Below are positions 44,856 through 57,400 of a stretch of 64,000 nt of DNA, in pieces. A model generated the notes under the pieces. The model was not told the origin of the DNA. It saw nothing but the letters and a program-made list of their open reading frames with translations, and ran no database searches. The position numbers and the translations under genes are program-made. Numbering within the stretch: position 1 is the first letter of the stretch; each line of letters opens with the position of its first letter. The DNA is taken from NCBI GenBank assembly GCA_043228905.1, contig JBHGNT010000005.1, positions 9,548,001 through 9,612,000 on the forward strand, in the 5' to 3' direction. The DNA is from Azolla caroliniana. Taxonomy: Eukaryota; Plantae; Polypodiophyta.

Positions 44856-47095
44856 TAACCTTTGTGAAAATATTGTTTCTCTTTTTTCTTTTAACATCAA
44901 TTGTAAATCTTGTTTTTGGTTGTGTAAAACCAAAAGTTGTTTGATAGAGTAAGGTCTTATATTACTATGATTTGGTCACTTTGGTTCAGCTAATAATTTT
45001 GTGTGATAAATTAACATCTGGATGAACCACCATAGTTGTCCGTGTGGGTGCCTATCATGTGGTCACAAAATGCAAAAGGCCACACTGATAAGAGATGATA
45101 CCCTCTAAATGTGAATGCACCCATCTGATTGTTCTGGGATGTAATTTCTCTCTCTAGTTATGTAATTACATTCTTGAGTTATTTCAAGTTTCGATGGAGG
45201 CTTGCAACTTTGATTGTTGGTAACTTGTCAAGATAAACAATCCAAATATTTGGTCAAAGTGGGCTATTAAAGGTGCTGCTTCTTGTAAAGCCTGGGCCAA
45301 GGGTAAGGATTTGTCAGTTAAAGCAGAATTGAGTGTTAGTTAAAGTGGATATAAAGAAAATGTCAGCTTTTGCAAAACCTAGGCTGGGATTCTTCAGACT
45401 ATACTTTATTTAACATGAAGTATATTTAATTACTTTATTAGTGTTTTGGATGTATATTATTCCACTAATATAAAAACATGCTCGTCAAATTCAGCCAACA
45501 TCATGCATCATTAATTATACACGTTAGTGCGAGATTGGTGGGGTATTATATTTTGGCTTCATTGATGCGTATGTAATGTACATCAGACAAATGACTGCCT
45601 AGAGGAATTAGAATTTCATCAAGATCTGGTCCATAAGGCATTCTTGCAGTGCAAGTTGAAGTCTCTACAGGTGATGTTGCCAGTTTCATACATGCAATCA
45701 TTTTCATACATGTTTATTGTAAAAAGTAGCAATACATTTTTTTGCTCCAATGATAGAAAGGGAATCAATTTGAAGATGTGCCTGATCATTGATTCATAAA
45801 TCTTGAAATACCATCAATATTTTCCAAAAGACTTACATAAGAGTGCAATGCTAATTGAGGGAAGCCTGCAATACATGAACCCTTCCAACACCTGAGATTG
45901 CTTTTATTTTACATACTAAATTTTCATCTTCACCCAGGCCTATGGCATGAAGAGTTTAGTGTTGTGTATTACCTTTCCTTGTCTCATTAAAGGTTCATGC
46001 CTATTATATCAGGATCTATTGCCAGTGTTGTATTTGGAAGGGGCTTCAAAATGAATTCAAAGAGCTTGTATTAATAACAGGGGCTCCTAAATTCCTCAAT
46101 GAGGCTATTAGAGTCTTGTTTGGTGTGATAATCACCTACTGGAGCATAAGCAGAAATCTCAAGAATGAATTTCAGTCCCATGAATGCCTGTAGTTCCTAC
46201 TCACGTCTTATCACCTGGCATCAGCTAGTCGAGTTTCTGATGCAAGTAGACTGTTCAATGTTTCAGGGTCCTTTGCTTGCTATTGATAAGCAATGTTGGA
46301 GGGAGGTTAGTAAATCTATGTTTGGTATTACAGAGGATCAGGTCACATGGCTTGACTTTTAGTTTATATTCATTGTTGCCAAAGGAGCTTCACAGTCGGA
46401 ATTTTATTATTATTTTAGCACTGTTTAGGCCTATTTTGGAGACGTGTCATACGATGGCTGGAAGCCATTGAGCTCACAGATGTCCGGTTTCAAATTATAT
46501 TCAAGATACGATATGTACAAATGACATGAATGCCACAATAAAACAGGGAAAACAGAACAAAGAGATTGGTGTTGCATTGGAATGGTCAACCAATGCTCAA
46601 ATTCTTCTTTATATACTGTGGAAATCACCATTGCCTGCCTAATGCCCATGTGATAATCAAGCAATAGGTATTCTGGAAACTTCTAGCTGGGATTGCCTCT
46701 TTCCTGCCAAATGTATGCTGTGTACAATCTAAGAGCTGGTTGTGTAATTGTTTTTTAAGACAATCAGACAACCAGAAATGAATTGAGTTCATAATTTCAA
46801 AGACCTGTTTTATTTCAGACATGCAGAGAGATACACTAAGAAAATGAAGGGAAAATTTCGTCGTTTCTGATGCATAAATAGGACTGCATGATTGGAAATA
46901 CAAAAATTACAGAACAATTCCTCTCATAATTTCTGGGATATTTTTGACTGACAAAAAAAATGTTTTGTACAGAGACAAATGAAGAAAAAAATAATCTGAA
47001 TACCCTTACTCAATTGTGTATTTGAAATGAAAGCTAGCTACTCAAATAGAAAGCATCAATAATACAAAAATGGAGTTTATTATCATTATCAAGCT

Positions 47096-49581
47096 TCATA
47101 TTTGGGATCCCACTGGATCTTCAAGTATCCGTTGCCGAAAATCTTCAACCATCAAAGGCAAACCTTCCTTGAGGGAGATTTTGGGCTCCCAGGACAAGAG
47201 ATTCTTGGCTTTGGTGATGTCCGGCTTTCTCTTGTGTGGATCGTCGGCAGTGTTCTTTCTAAACTCTATCACGGCTTGAGTGTCTATAACCTCCTTGACA
47301 ACCTTGGATATAAAGAGGGGGCATATGTTGTCAAATAGTTTTTGCTCAGATCTTCAATAAAATAAATACGCACTGAAGTGCAAATAGTAAGAAACAGTAA
47401 TTATGTATTTTCTTGGGAAAACTTACTTCAGCTAGTTCTAGCATGGTAAATTCCGAGGGGTTTCCTAGGTTGAAAGGACCAATATGTTCACCCTCCATGA
47501 GCCGGACAAGGCCTTCAACCTAGTTATCAAAAATGATAATTTTATGACTACTCTCAACAACATGAATAACAAGCCATAGATCTAGAATTCACTCGCATCC
47601 CCATCGCAAATAAAAATCAATCCCCCTCATTTAAGAGGGAAAAATGGGCATAATGTGATGAGAGCAAAATATGAAGGCATTGCCTAATTGGAATGGCAAT
47701 TACAAATAACAATGTATGAACTCCATGCTGTTCTGGTAAAGCTTGTTGCTTTTACAACTTGGAGGTCTTGGTTTCAAGTTCAAAACACCACGGTTTCAAA
47801 AAGTCCACATTTGTTATAAAATGCATTTCTCTAATGCTTCACTTTTTGTGATTATTTTACACTATTAATAAAGCTTTTCTCCCAAAATTGGCTATACAAC
47901 TTCAAGGGCAAAAAAGAACATACCAGATCTGAGACATACTGAAAGCTTCTGGTCTGTTGTCCATCACCATACACTGTCAATGGCTCCTTCCTAAGAGCCT
48001 AAATCATCATAGTTCAAATGGGAAAGAATGATGTCCCCTCAATATCAAGTTCTTATTAAAAAACCTTGAATAGAAGATTTCGCACCTGTGCCACAAAATT
48101 GCTCACAACTCGGCCATCATCGAGGCACATTCTGGGACCATACGTGTTGAAGATGCGAGCAATGCGAACCTGTGCCATGAAAGAAAAATATAATTTTTAT
48201 GTATGAAGCTCATCATAACACATCACATTTTGATCCAGAATAAATAAATGACTAAAATGTTAAACATGTTGTCAACACACATTATCCAAATTGTCTCTAT
48301 ATGACAATCAAACCACAAAGAGGGCACCAATTTTCACATAAGCCCATACGTGGCCCAACAATATCACATTTTGAAAAGAGAAACGAAAAGATGTGTTACC
48401 CACACACCTCCACATTGTCTCCTCTATGATAGTCCATTGTCAAGGTCTCCGCTGTCCTCTTGCCTTCATCATAGCAGCTCCGAACACCTGGCATTGAGTA
48501 ACATGGCCGGATATTAAAAAGATGGGAAATATTACCAAAATTACTCCTCATGTTTTGGATATTTACAAGAATACCGAGTTTCCAAATATTGGCAGAATAT
48601 TCCCTTTAGCACAAATCCAGGGAGTATTTTGGTGGTTTTCATCAAACAGATTTACATACCAATAGGATTGACATGGCCCCAATAAGTCTCTGATTGCGGA
48701 TGCTCCAGAGGATCACCATAAACCTCACTAGTACTTGTGAGAAGAAACCGGGCCCCAACTCGCTTTGCAAGACCTAGCATGTTGAGTGTTCCCATCACAT
48801 TTGTCTTGTGCAATATAAAAGAGAACATTAAGGAGAGAGCAATATCCTAATCATTGTAAAACATTAGAGGATGCTATAGAGAAATGTTCAACAATTACAA
48901 TGATCAATTAAAGTCTCCAAACTTAAGGTAAAGTCACCTCTTGAGTTACTTTTAAATGAAAATCTTCATATTTGTAAAGGATATGATAGTTTTTACTGGG
49001 TTAAACTTATAGTGAACAGGTGAAGCAGGACAAGCCAAATGATAGATTTGATCCACTTCGAGAAGGATAGGCTCGACGACATCATGCCGTATGAGTTCAA
49101 ACCTCGGGTTGCCCAAATGGTGTTTCACATTATTCTTCCTTCCTGTGAAGAAATTATCCACAACAATGACACTATCTCCTCTCTTCATCAGTTTGTCAAC
49201 GAGGTGACTCCCAACAAACCCTGCTCCTCCAGTAACAAGGATTCTGAGGCTTTTTCTCTTCAATCCGAGAGGGACCTTACCTCCTGAATTAGTCCTTACA
49301 CCATAGCTGTCATAGCTACTACTATATTTAGTGCTCGAAGGCAATTTATATGATGACGACAATGACGACGACGACGGTGTAAGCTTGTTGAAAACATGGT
49401 CACCTTGAACCAAGAAGAAGATAGTTGCGATAGCCATCCCCACCAATGTGAACACAAGGCGTTGCTCCCTTGTGATGTAGCGTACTGGCTTTGACCAGCT
49501 CCATGGCTTCACAGTCTTTGAAGTGTATGGTTCATCTGGAAAGACGAACTCAGGTCGACGATGTACACTCTGCTTCATCAT
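47096..49581 (-). CDS. UXS: UDP-glucuronic acid decarboxylase (UDP-xylose synthase), membrane-anchored type, 7 exons
   Basis: Exons 49581-48985, 48807-48660, 48487-48408, 48169-48086, 47998-47924, 47519-47427 and 47302-47096. N-terminal TM segment, [25 protein letters not shown], catalytic [23 protein letters not shown]. Confidence 0.96.
48808..48984 (-). other. U12-type AT-AC intron (UXS intron 1)
   Basis: Donor ATATCCTTT, branch site TCCTTAAT about 18 nt from the end, acceptor AC. Splicing restores NPVKTI|KTNVMG. Confidence 0.93.
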
Positions 49582-50344
49582 TCCCCTCTCTTTTTCTGCC
49601 CTTCAAATTTTTTTAGAATGAGATCAGATCCAATGATATAGATCAAATTTGCACATCAAAATTTGGGCCAACGCTCTGTTTCTCAATTCAATTATTTAGA
49701 TCAAATCTGGGTTAGTCCTCTGATTTAGATCACTATTTACTCCAATCCTCTTCTTCTTGAGATGAATAATTTAGATCAAAATGTGGATCAATCCTCCTTG
49801 ATAAACTTGATCTGAAAGGATTTAGGTCAAATTGAGATCAATCCCGTGTCTAGTGATCACAAAGTCCAGAAGAAATTTTGGCAAAATCTTTTGTTTTCTT
49901 ATCTCAAGGATTTAAATTTAGATGATGAACTAAAATCAGAGACAGAATTTTGAATGTGTAGATTTCTTTGATTGGATTAAATAGGGATCGTCTTCTTTAA
50001 AGAGTACAAAGATGAAAATAAAACCTAAAAAGAAAAAGATGACCCATATAAATCTTTCAATTTGAAACAGAGGATTAACAACAAATAGATTAAAAGAATA
50101 ACAGAAGGGGAGTGTGAGAGTTATAGAGAGAGAAAGAGATTCAACCTAGATTTGGTGGTGAGCTGTTTTCCTCCAAGGGTGGAAGAAACACGGGATTCTC
50201 TTGTTCTGTTCCCACAGAGAACTTGCTTCTTTGTCGTCTTCGCCCTCTTTAATCTAATAATATCTTCTCTCCCTGCATCTTCCTCTCCTCTTTGTGTTTT
50301 CGTTCATTCATCAAACCGAAACTTTTCTCATCATCACATTTGCA

Positions 50345-50530
50345 TGTACATAACATAACATAACATAACATTACATGACATGACATAAGCATGCTCATAA
50401 GTCATGACTCATAACATAACATAAACATAACATAAACATAACATGACATGCCATAAGCATGCTCATAAGTTATGACATAACATCACATAACATGACATGA
50501 CATGTCATAAACATAACATAACATAACATC
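50345..50530. repeat. (CATAA/CATGA)n pentamer-based repeat upstream of UXS
   Basis: Directly visible, with a repeated palindromic core AGCATGCT. Confidence 0.85.
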
Positions 50531-51445
50531 CTCATGTCATCATTCCCTTCTCACCTTAGAACCAACCGGATGTTCTAATGAATCGACGGATCCATGACTT
50601 GTTCTCCAGCCACCCCTCCCATTTTCGCCATACATACACGAACGACACACTTTCCTCTTGGCATAATGGTGTGACATGCACTCTACATTTCCCTTGGACC
50701 CACACTTGAGAAGAACCCCAATGCCCATTGCATCGTCATCCAACAACACCTAATCAGTGCATGACCCACTAGAGGGGTCTGTGGGGGGTATGTGAATGAA
50801 TGCGCTTGTCAATTTGAGGCACAGAACGTACATACGTGGCTAAATGGAAAAGAAAATTGCATACTTGATTTGGAAAAAGAAAAACTATCCATTCATTACC
50901 ATCATTTGTGCATCTCGTCCGAATCACACTTCGTGAAATTGCTTTAGTTAACCATATAATTATTTGGTCCTATATTAATGAATCAATTCCTACATGTGTC
51001 AAACCTTCTTTTCACCATTTTTTCACCTTGTTGTAGAGGAGATGCATTGCATGATTCAACAAGGTTAGGGCTATGTTATTGTTGTAAGTTTTTTTTCATT
51101 ATCATACGGTTTGGTAGCTCTTTGTATGTTGTGAATTTTCTGCTCATCATGTAAACCATGATGAGTCTAACTTTTATGCTATCCCAATCACAGAATATGT
51201 TAGTATACAATTTGACAAGGATGTGGCCTTTAAATGTTTCACATTAAAATTTCACAAAATGAGACCATAATTAGTAGATGGCAGTTAATGTTAATGTTTA
51301 AATTGGACACATGTATGTTATGCACTGAGTCTTGCCTTTGAACTCGCATCAAAGTTGAATATAAATTAAAGTTTTTGGTATGAGTATAGAAGCAATCAAT
51401 GGGAACAACAAAATCACTACAAGGGATACAAAGGTCCAAAATCAC

Positions 51446-54400
51446 TGTAAAAGAATATTATGTGTGTGGAAGCGTATGCGAAACACAGAGTACACAGTTC
51501 GGAAAACGACAGTTCGGTGAAACACAAAAAACGCAGAGATGGAGAGGGAGAGATAGAGAGTAGACAACTCAGTTATATTTCAAAAAATAATAACGCTCTG
51601 TACATATTCTGTGCTCAGTGAGCACTTCTTATACACGCCCTTAAATCGGGCTGATACAAGTACTGACAGTACTTGACTGCTCATAAATGAGCCTACTACA
51701 CTAACTCCCAAAAATTATTCCTTATGAGGAATACTATACTTACGGCCTCTCGGTGTCCGCACCGTTATGGCCATGTTGTGCGTAACTGTTTTACGCACCC
51801 GATTACACACCGAATGTTGAGCTTGTCTCTCAACACTCCCCCTCAAGCTCAACTTGAGGTTCCACCTATTCTTCCGGATCTGCGCTTCGGCCTCTTCTAG
51901 CTTCACGCCTTACCCGCGCTCCTCGACCTGTTTGATTCCGCGCGCCTCGACCCTTTCGGTCGGTTTGTCTGCTCGTTTGGCCCTTCTCAGCTCCTTCGCT
52001 GTCGCGGTGTTGGCGCCTCTTCCGCTGCCCTTTTCTCTGCTTGGCCCTCATTCGATTCATGATGTCCAAATCGAACATTCCGATTGAACCGAACTCTTCC
52101 GATTTAATTCCGCTCTCATCGGAATTGGTTTTCTCCAATTCGTCTTCTGTCTTCAGGCCTTTGACAATGTCAGACCACGTTTTGATCTTGGCCTTACTTA
52201 CTCCTTGTTTGGCTGTCCGGCTCTTCCCTAAGATTATGACCCTTGCTTCCTTCTTTGGCTTTTTCAGCCGGCCCGAAATCGAATTCTTCATCCGACTCCA
52301 CGTCGCGGTCAATTCCGCTCCTTCCACGCTCTTGTTCCTATTCTTCCTTTCTCCCCCTCAAGTTCGGTGTGTCGAGGTGACGCAGCCCAAGCTCACCCGG
52401 GAAATGCTGCAACTTGTCGAGACCAAGGGGCTTGGTGAAGATGTCGGCAACCTGCCGATCCGTCGGAACATAAGGTAGTTAGACTTCACCTGAAAGGACC
52501 CGCTCGTGGACAAAGTGGTAGTGCACCTCAATGTGCTTAGTTCGGGTGTGGAATACGGGGTTCTTCACAAGTTGGATGCTGCTGAGGTTATCGCAATAGA
52601 TCGTCGTCGGATCGGACACCTCCACCTGCAGATCCTTAAGTAGCCGCTTTAGCCATATGGCTTTGCACGTAGCGATAGTCGCCCCTCGATATTCGGCCTC
52701 CGTGCTTGACAGTGCTATTGTCGGCTGCTTTTTACTGCTCCACGTGATCGCCGCACTTCCTAATGAGAAGGCGTATCCGGACGTGGATCTGTAGAAAGTA
52801 GCGTGCGGAAGCAAGTATGAAGACAGAACAGAGGAAGGAAACTCAGGTTCAATGGAGAGCTTAGGCTTACACGGTATACGCGGGAGAGACAGAGAGAGAA
52901 ACACAAAAAACTATATTCAACAATAATACTCAGTCTGTACATAAGACGTGCTCAGTGAGCACTTTTATACAAGTCCTAAAAGGACTGACCGAAGTACTGA
53001 CAGTACTTCAATGCTCATCAAGAGCTCCTACACTAACTCCCAAATATATTCCTCACGGAATATCTTTCCTAACGACCTCCCGGTTTACGCACTCGGCCTA
53101 ACCGATCGGTCCCAACCGATCCGGCCGATGTTGAGCTTGTCTCTCAACACTCCCCCTCAAGCTCAACTCGAGGCTCTTCGGGATCCTCGGGCTCACAGCT
53201 CCGGTTCCTCCTGGCTTCACGCCTCGCTCGCGCTCCTCGACCTGTTCGACTCTGCGCGCTTCGACCCTTCCGGTCGGCTTGTCTGCTCATGCGGCCCTTA
53301 TCAGCTCTTCTGTTGTTGCGGTGTTGACGCTTCTCCTGCTGCCTTTTCTTCCGCTTGGGCCTCGGTTGATTCAACGTGTCTGAATTAAACAACCGAACCG
53401 ACTCGGCTACCTCCGATCAGTTTTCGCTCTCGTCCGAGTTGGCTGTCTCCAACTCGTCTTCGGTCTTCTTGCCCTCGATGGCGTCGTCTCCCCTATGCGT
53501 GGTTGGTTTCGGCTCTTTCCTTCGGCTGCTCCCCTTCTGTCCGCTTTCGGACTTTTCCGTGGGTCCGCCCTCGGCTTCTTCAGCCGATCCGAAGTCAAAC
53601 TCGACAACCGAGTCAACCGAGTCAACCGAATCGGTGGTGTCGCGGTCTCCGCTCCTTTCCTGCTGCCTTGCTTGGTCATTCGGGACTTTTCTCCCCCTCA
53701 AGTTTGGCACGTTGAGGTGACGCAATCCGAGCGCACCTGAGAATTGCCGCAACTTGTCCAGACCAAGAGGCTTGGTGAAGATGTCAGCAACCTGCCGATC
53801 CGTCGGAACGTACTGAAGTTCGACTTCACCGGAAAGGACACGCTCACGGACGAAATGGTAGTGCACCTCAATGTGCTTGGTCCGTGCGTGGAAAACGAGG
53901 TTTTTCGTGAGCTGGATGCTGCTGAGGTTGTCGTAGTAGATCGTTGTCGGATCTGACACCTCCACTTGTAGGTCCTTAAGTAGCCGCTTCAACCATATGG
54001 CTTCACATGTCGTGACAGTCGCTCCTCGGTACTCAGCTTCGGTGCTCGACAGTGCAACTGTCGGTTGTTTCTTACTGCTCCACGCGATCGCGGCACTCCC
54101 GAGGGAGAACGTGTATCCGGACGTGGATCGGCGATCGGCGGTGTTGCCAACCCAATCAGCATCGGTGTAGCCGACTAACTGCACGGCCGCACCGGTCCGA
54201 TATAGCAATCCCCGGTCCTTAGTGCCGTTGACATACCGAAGTATGCGTTGCGCACACTAAGGTGCTCCTCGGTAGGTCGCGCCATGAACTGACTGATCAC
54301 CCCGACCGGATAACTGAGGTGGGGTCGGATGATGGTCAAGTATATGAGGCTTCCGACAATTTGTCGGAACCTCGTCGGGTCGCATACCTTTCTCGTATCG

Positions 54401-57400
54401 GGACGAAGCTTGACGGTTCTGTCCAGAGGAGTCGAGACGGACTTACAGTCGGCCATCCCGAATTTGAAGAGCATACTTAGCACGTAATGACGTTGGTTGA
54501 TCAATATGCCTTCGGGGGTACGGATCACTTCGATCCCGAGGAAGTAATGAAGGTCCCCCAGATCCTTCATGTCGAACGATGCCGCAAGCTGGAGCTTCAC
54601 GCGGTCGATTTCACCTAGGTCAGCGCCGGTGATGACCAAGTCATCAACATATAGTAGAATACTAACCGGTCCGAGTCGACCTTTCCGGATGAATAGGGAA
54701 GAGTCTGATTTTGACGTGACGAAGCCCATCTGACGCAGTTGTTGTGTGATCTTTGCGTTCTAGGCACGCGGGGCTTGCTTTAGTCCGTAAAGAGACTTCT
54801 TCAGTCGGCATACTGCCGCGGAGTTTGTTCCGGAGTGAAATCTGGGGGGTTGTACCATGTACACCTGTTCCTCAAGGTCACCTTGCAGGAACGCATTCTT
54901 TACATCCATTTGATGTAAGTGCCACCCCTTCGCCGCAGCTACTGCCAGCAAAACACGGACGATCGTCATTTTCGTGACCGGCGCAAATGTCTCATCATAG
55001 TCGATGCCGTGTTTCTGCGCATAGCCCTTTGCCACTAGCCGAGCCTTGTACCGGTTGACCGAACCATCGGTGTTGTACTTGACCTTGTACACCCACCTAC
55101 ACCCGATCGGCTTCACACCCTTCGGTGCGTCAACCAGGTCCCAGGTCTCGTTCTCTGCCAATGCGTGCATCTCTTCCTCCATCGCGGCACGCCAATTCGC
55201 GTCTTTAGCCGCTTCTGCGTAGCTCTCTGGCTCACGCACTTCCGCTACACGGGTCATGTACGCATAATGATGTGCCATGTACTCATTGTATCCAAACCGC
55301 ACAACTGGGTTCTTTTGGCGGGTAGATCGGCGTAATCTCACATTAGCCGATGTCGAGGCCTTCTCGGTCGACGCGGTCTTCATCTTTAAAGACCTGTCAC
55401 CGGTTCCCTCGGAGTCGGACTCGCGTTGGTCTGACTCGTTCCTTTCCGTGCCGAAATCCGACACCTTCTTCTTCCCTTTCTCTTTGCGCGTAAGCCGTCT
55501 CCTCGGCTTCCTGCGCGGGGAGTGCACGGCCGAGTCTCCACTACTCGCCGGCTCTTCATCGGACTGATCATACTGACTCAGTCGTCCAATCGGTCCACTT
55601 AACCGGAGTGAAATCGGACTCTCTTCGCGGGTCTCGATTTCGGGCTCATCCGGAGGCATCTCGGCCTCGCTGACCTCATCGTCAGAACACGGATTGGACT
55701 CGGGGTTCGGAGTCGGGGGCTTGTACCAAGACGCGGACTCGTCAACCACAACGTCGCGGCTAACACGCGCTTGTTTGGTGCGAGGGTTATAGCATTTATA
55801 ACCCTTCTGTTCATCCGAGTAACCGAGCAAGATGCACTTCTAGGCCTTTGCGTTCAGCTTCCTCCTTTTCTCCTTCGGTACATGCACATACGCAATGCTA
55901 CCGAACACCCTCAAGTGTCGCAAGTTCGGCTTCGTTCCGAAATATAGCTCGTGCGCCGACACTTTGTCTCCGATCCGGTTCTGGATGTATACCGCGGTCC
56001 TCACCGCCTCGGCCCAATAGAACTTGGGCAAGCTCTTCTCCTCTAGCATTGCCCCTGCCGCTTCCACAATCGACCGGTTCTTCCTCTCGGCCACGCCGTT
56101 CTGCTCTGGCGTGTATCTACAACTGAATTCGCGCCGAATTCCCATTTGTTGTAGATAACCGTTGAATTGACCGGAAAAGTACTCTTTCCCGCCATCCGAC
56201 CACAGGCACTTGATCTTTCGTCCCGTTTCCATTTCCACGAACCCTTTGAGGTCTCGGAAATAGTCGAAGACTTCGCTCTTCCTCTCAATGAGGTAGATCC
56301 ACGTGTGCCGCGTGTGGTCGTCGATGAAGGAGACGAAGTATCGGCTCCCGCCAAGACTAACGTTTTGTGCCGGTCCCCACACATCCGAGTGTATAAGGTT
56401 GAGCTTGTTCCGGCTCCGGTTTCGCTCGTTGGGGAAGGGAAGTCGGTGTTGCTTCCCGAGCTGGCAGGCTTCACAAATTTGTGCCTTTCGGCCACTAAAC
56501 TTGGGCAATCCGAACACTACCTGTTTCGATTGCAGATCTTGAAGCCGCTGGTAGTTGACATGGCCTATCCGCTTGTGCCACAAGTCGATGTCCGACTCGG
56601 CTTTTTGTCCCTTCGCGAACATTGCGGTGCCGCCGTCAGTGGAATCGAGGATGAACATCCTCCCGTCTTTGCGCCCTTGCGCGATCACACGACCTTCTTC
56701 CTCAATGAAGCACCTGAGGTGTGTAAACCGAACCTCCATCCCTTGGTCAACGATCTGTCCGACCGAGACCAAGTTTTTCGTGATTGTCGGAACGTGCAGC
56801 ACATTCTTGAGTTTCCCTTTCTGCCCGACATGGCTAAGGGGAACTTCTCCGACATTCGCGATTGGATGCGGAGTGTCGTCTCCTGTTGCGACTACTCCAG
56901 GTTGTATCGGTTTTTCAAGGTACGAGAACCACTCCATATGGCTCGTCATGTGGTTTGACGCGCCGGAGTCTACGTACCACACCTCGTTCGGTCTCGGGGT
57001 GCTCTGTTTCATTGAGTTTGCTTCGTGTCTCGTCACGAAGACAGACCCTTCTCCGGCTCTCCTGGAGTCTTCAGCGTAGTGCGATCGCTGCCGATTTCCC
57101 TTGTCGGTATGTCTGGAGCCGTTTCCGGAACCAGTTCTCTCCGAATCGGCGCGCTTCTTCCAGCACTCACTTTCCCTGTGGCCTTTCTTGCCACAGTACC
57201 AGCACTTCGCGATGGACTTCCCTTGCCGGTTCTCATCGCTTCGACTCCCCCTATTTCCGGAGAGTCCGGAGTTGCTGTCGGCATCACTTCGGTGCCTTCT
57301 TTCTTGATCTCGTTGGCCGCCTCCATTGCGTGCCGACTCACCTCGTCCTCCACGTCCACGGGGCCTATCTCCCTCCGTGTACAACATTCTGCTGTCGGTG

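Noticed and set aside
45600-46900. Scattered splice-like sites and short ORFs between SurE and UXS
   Set aside because: I could not assemble a coherent reading frame or recognisable protein.
48952-49581. 209-aa ORF as a complete truncated UXS protein or pseudogene
   Set aside because: It is exon 1 read into the AT-AC intron; the spliced gene is complete.
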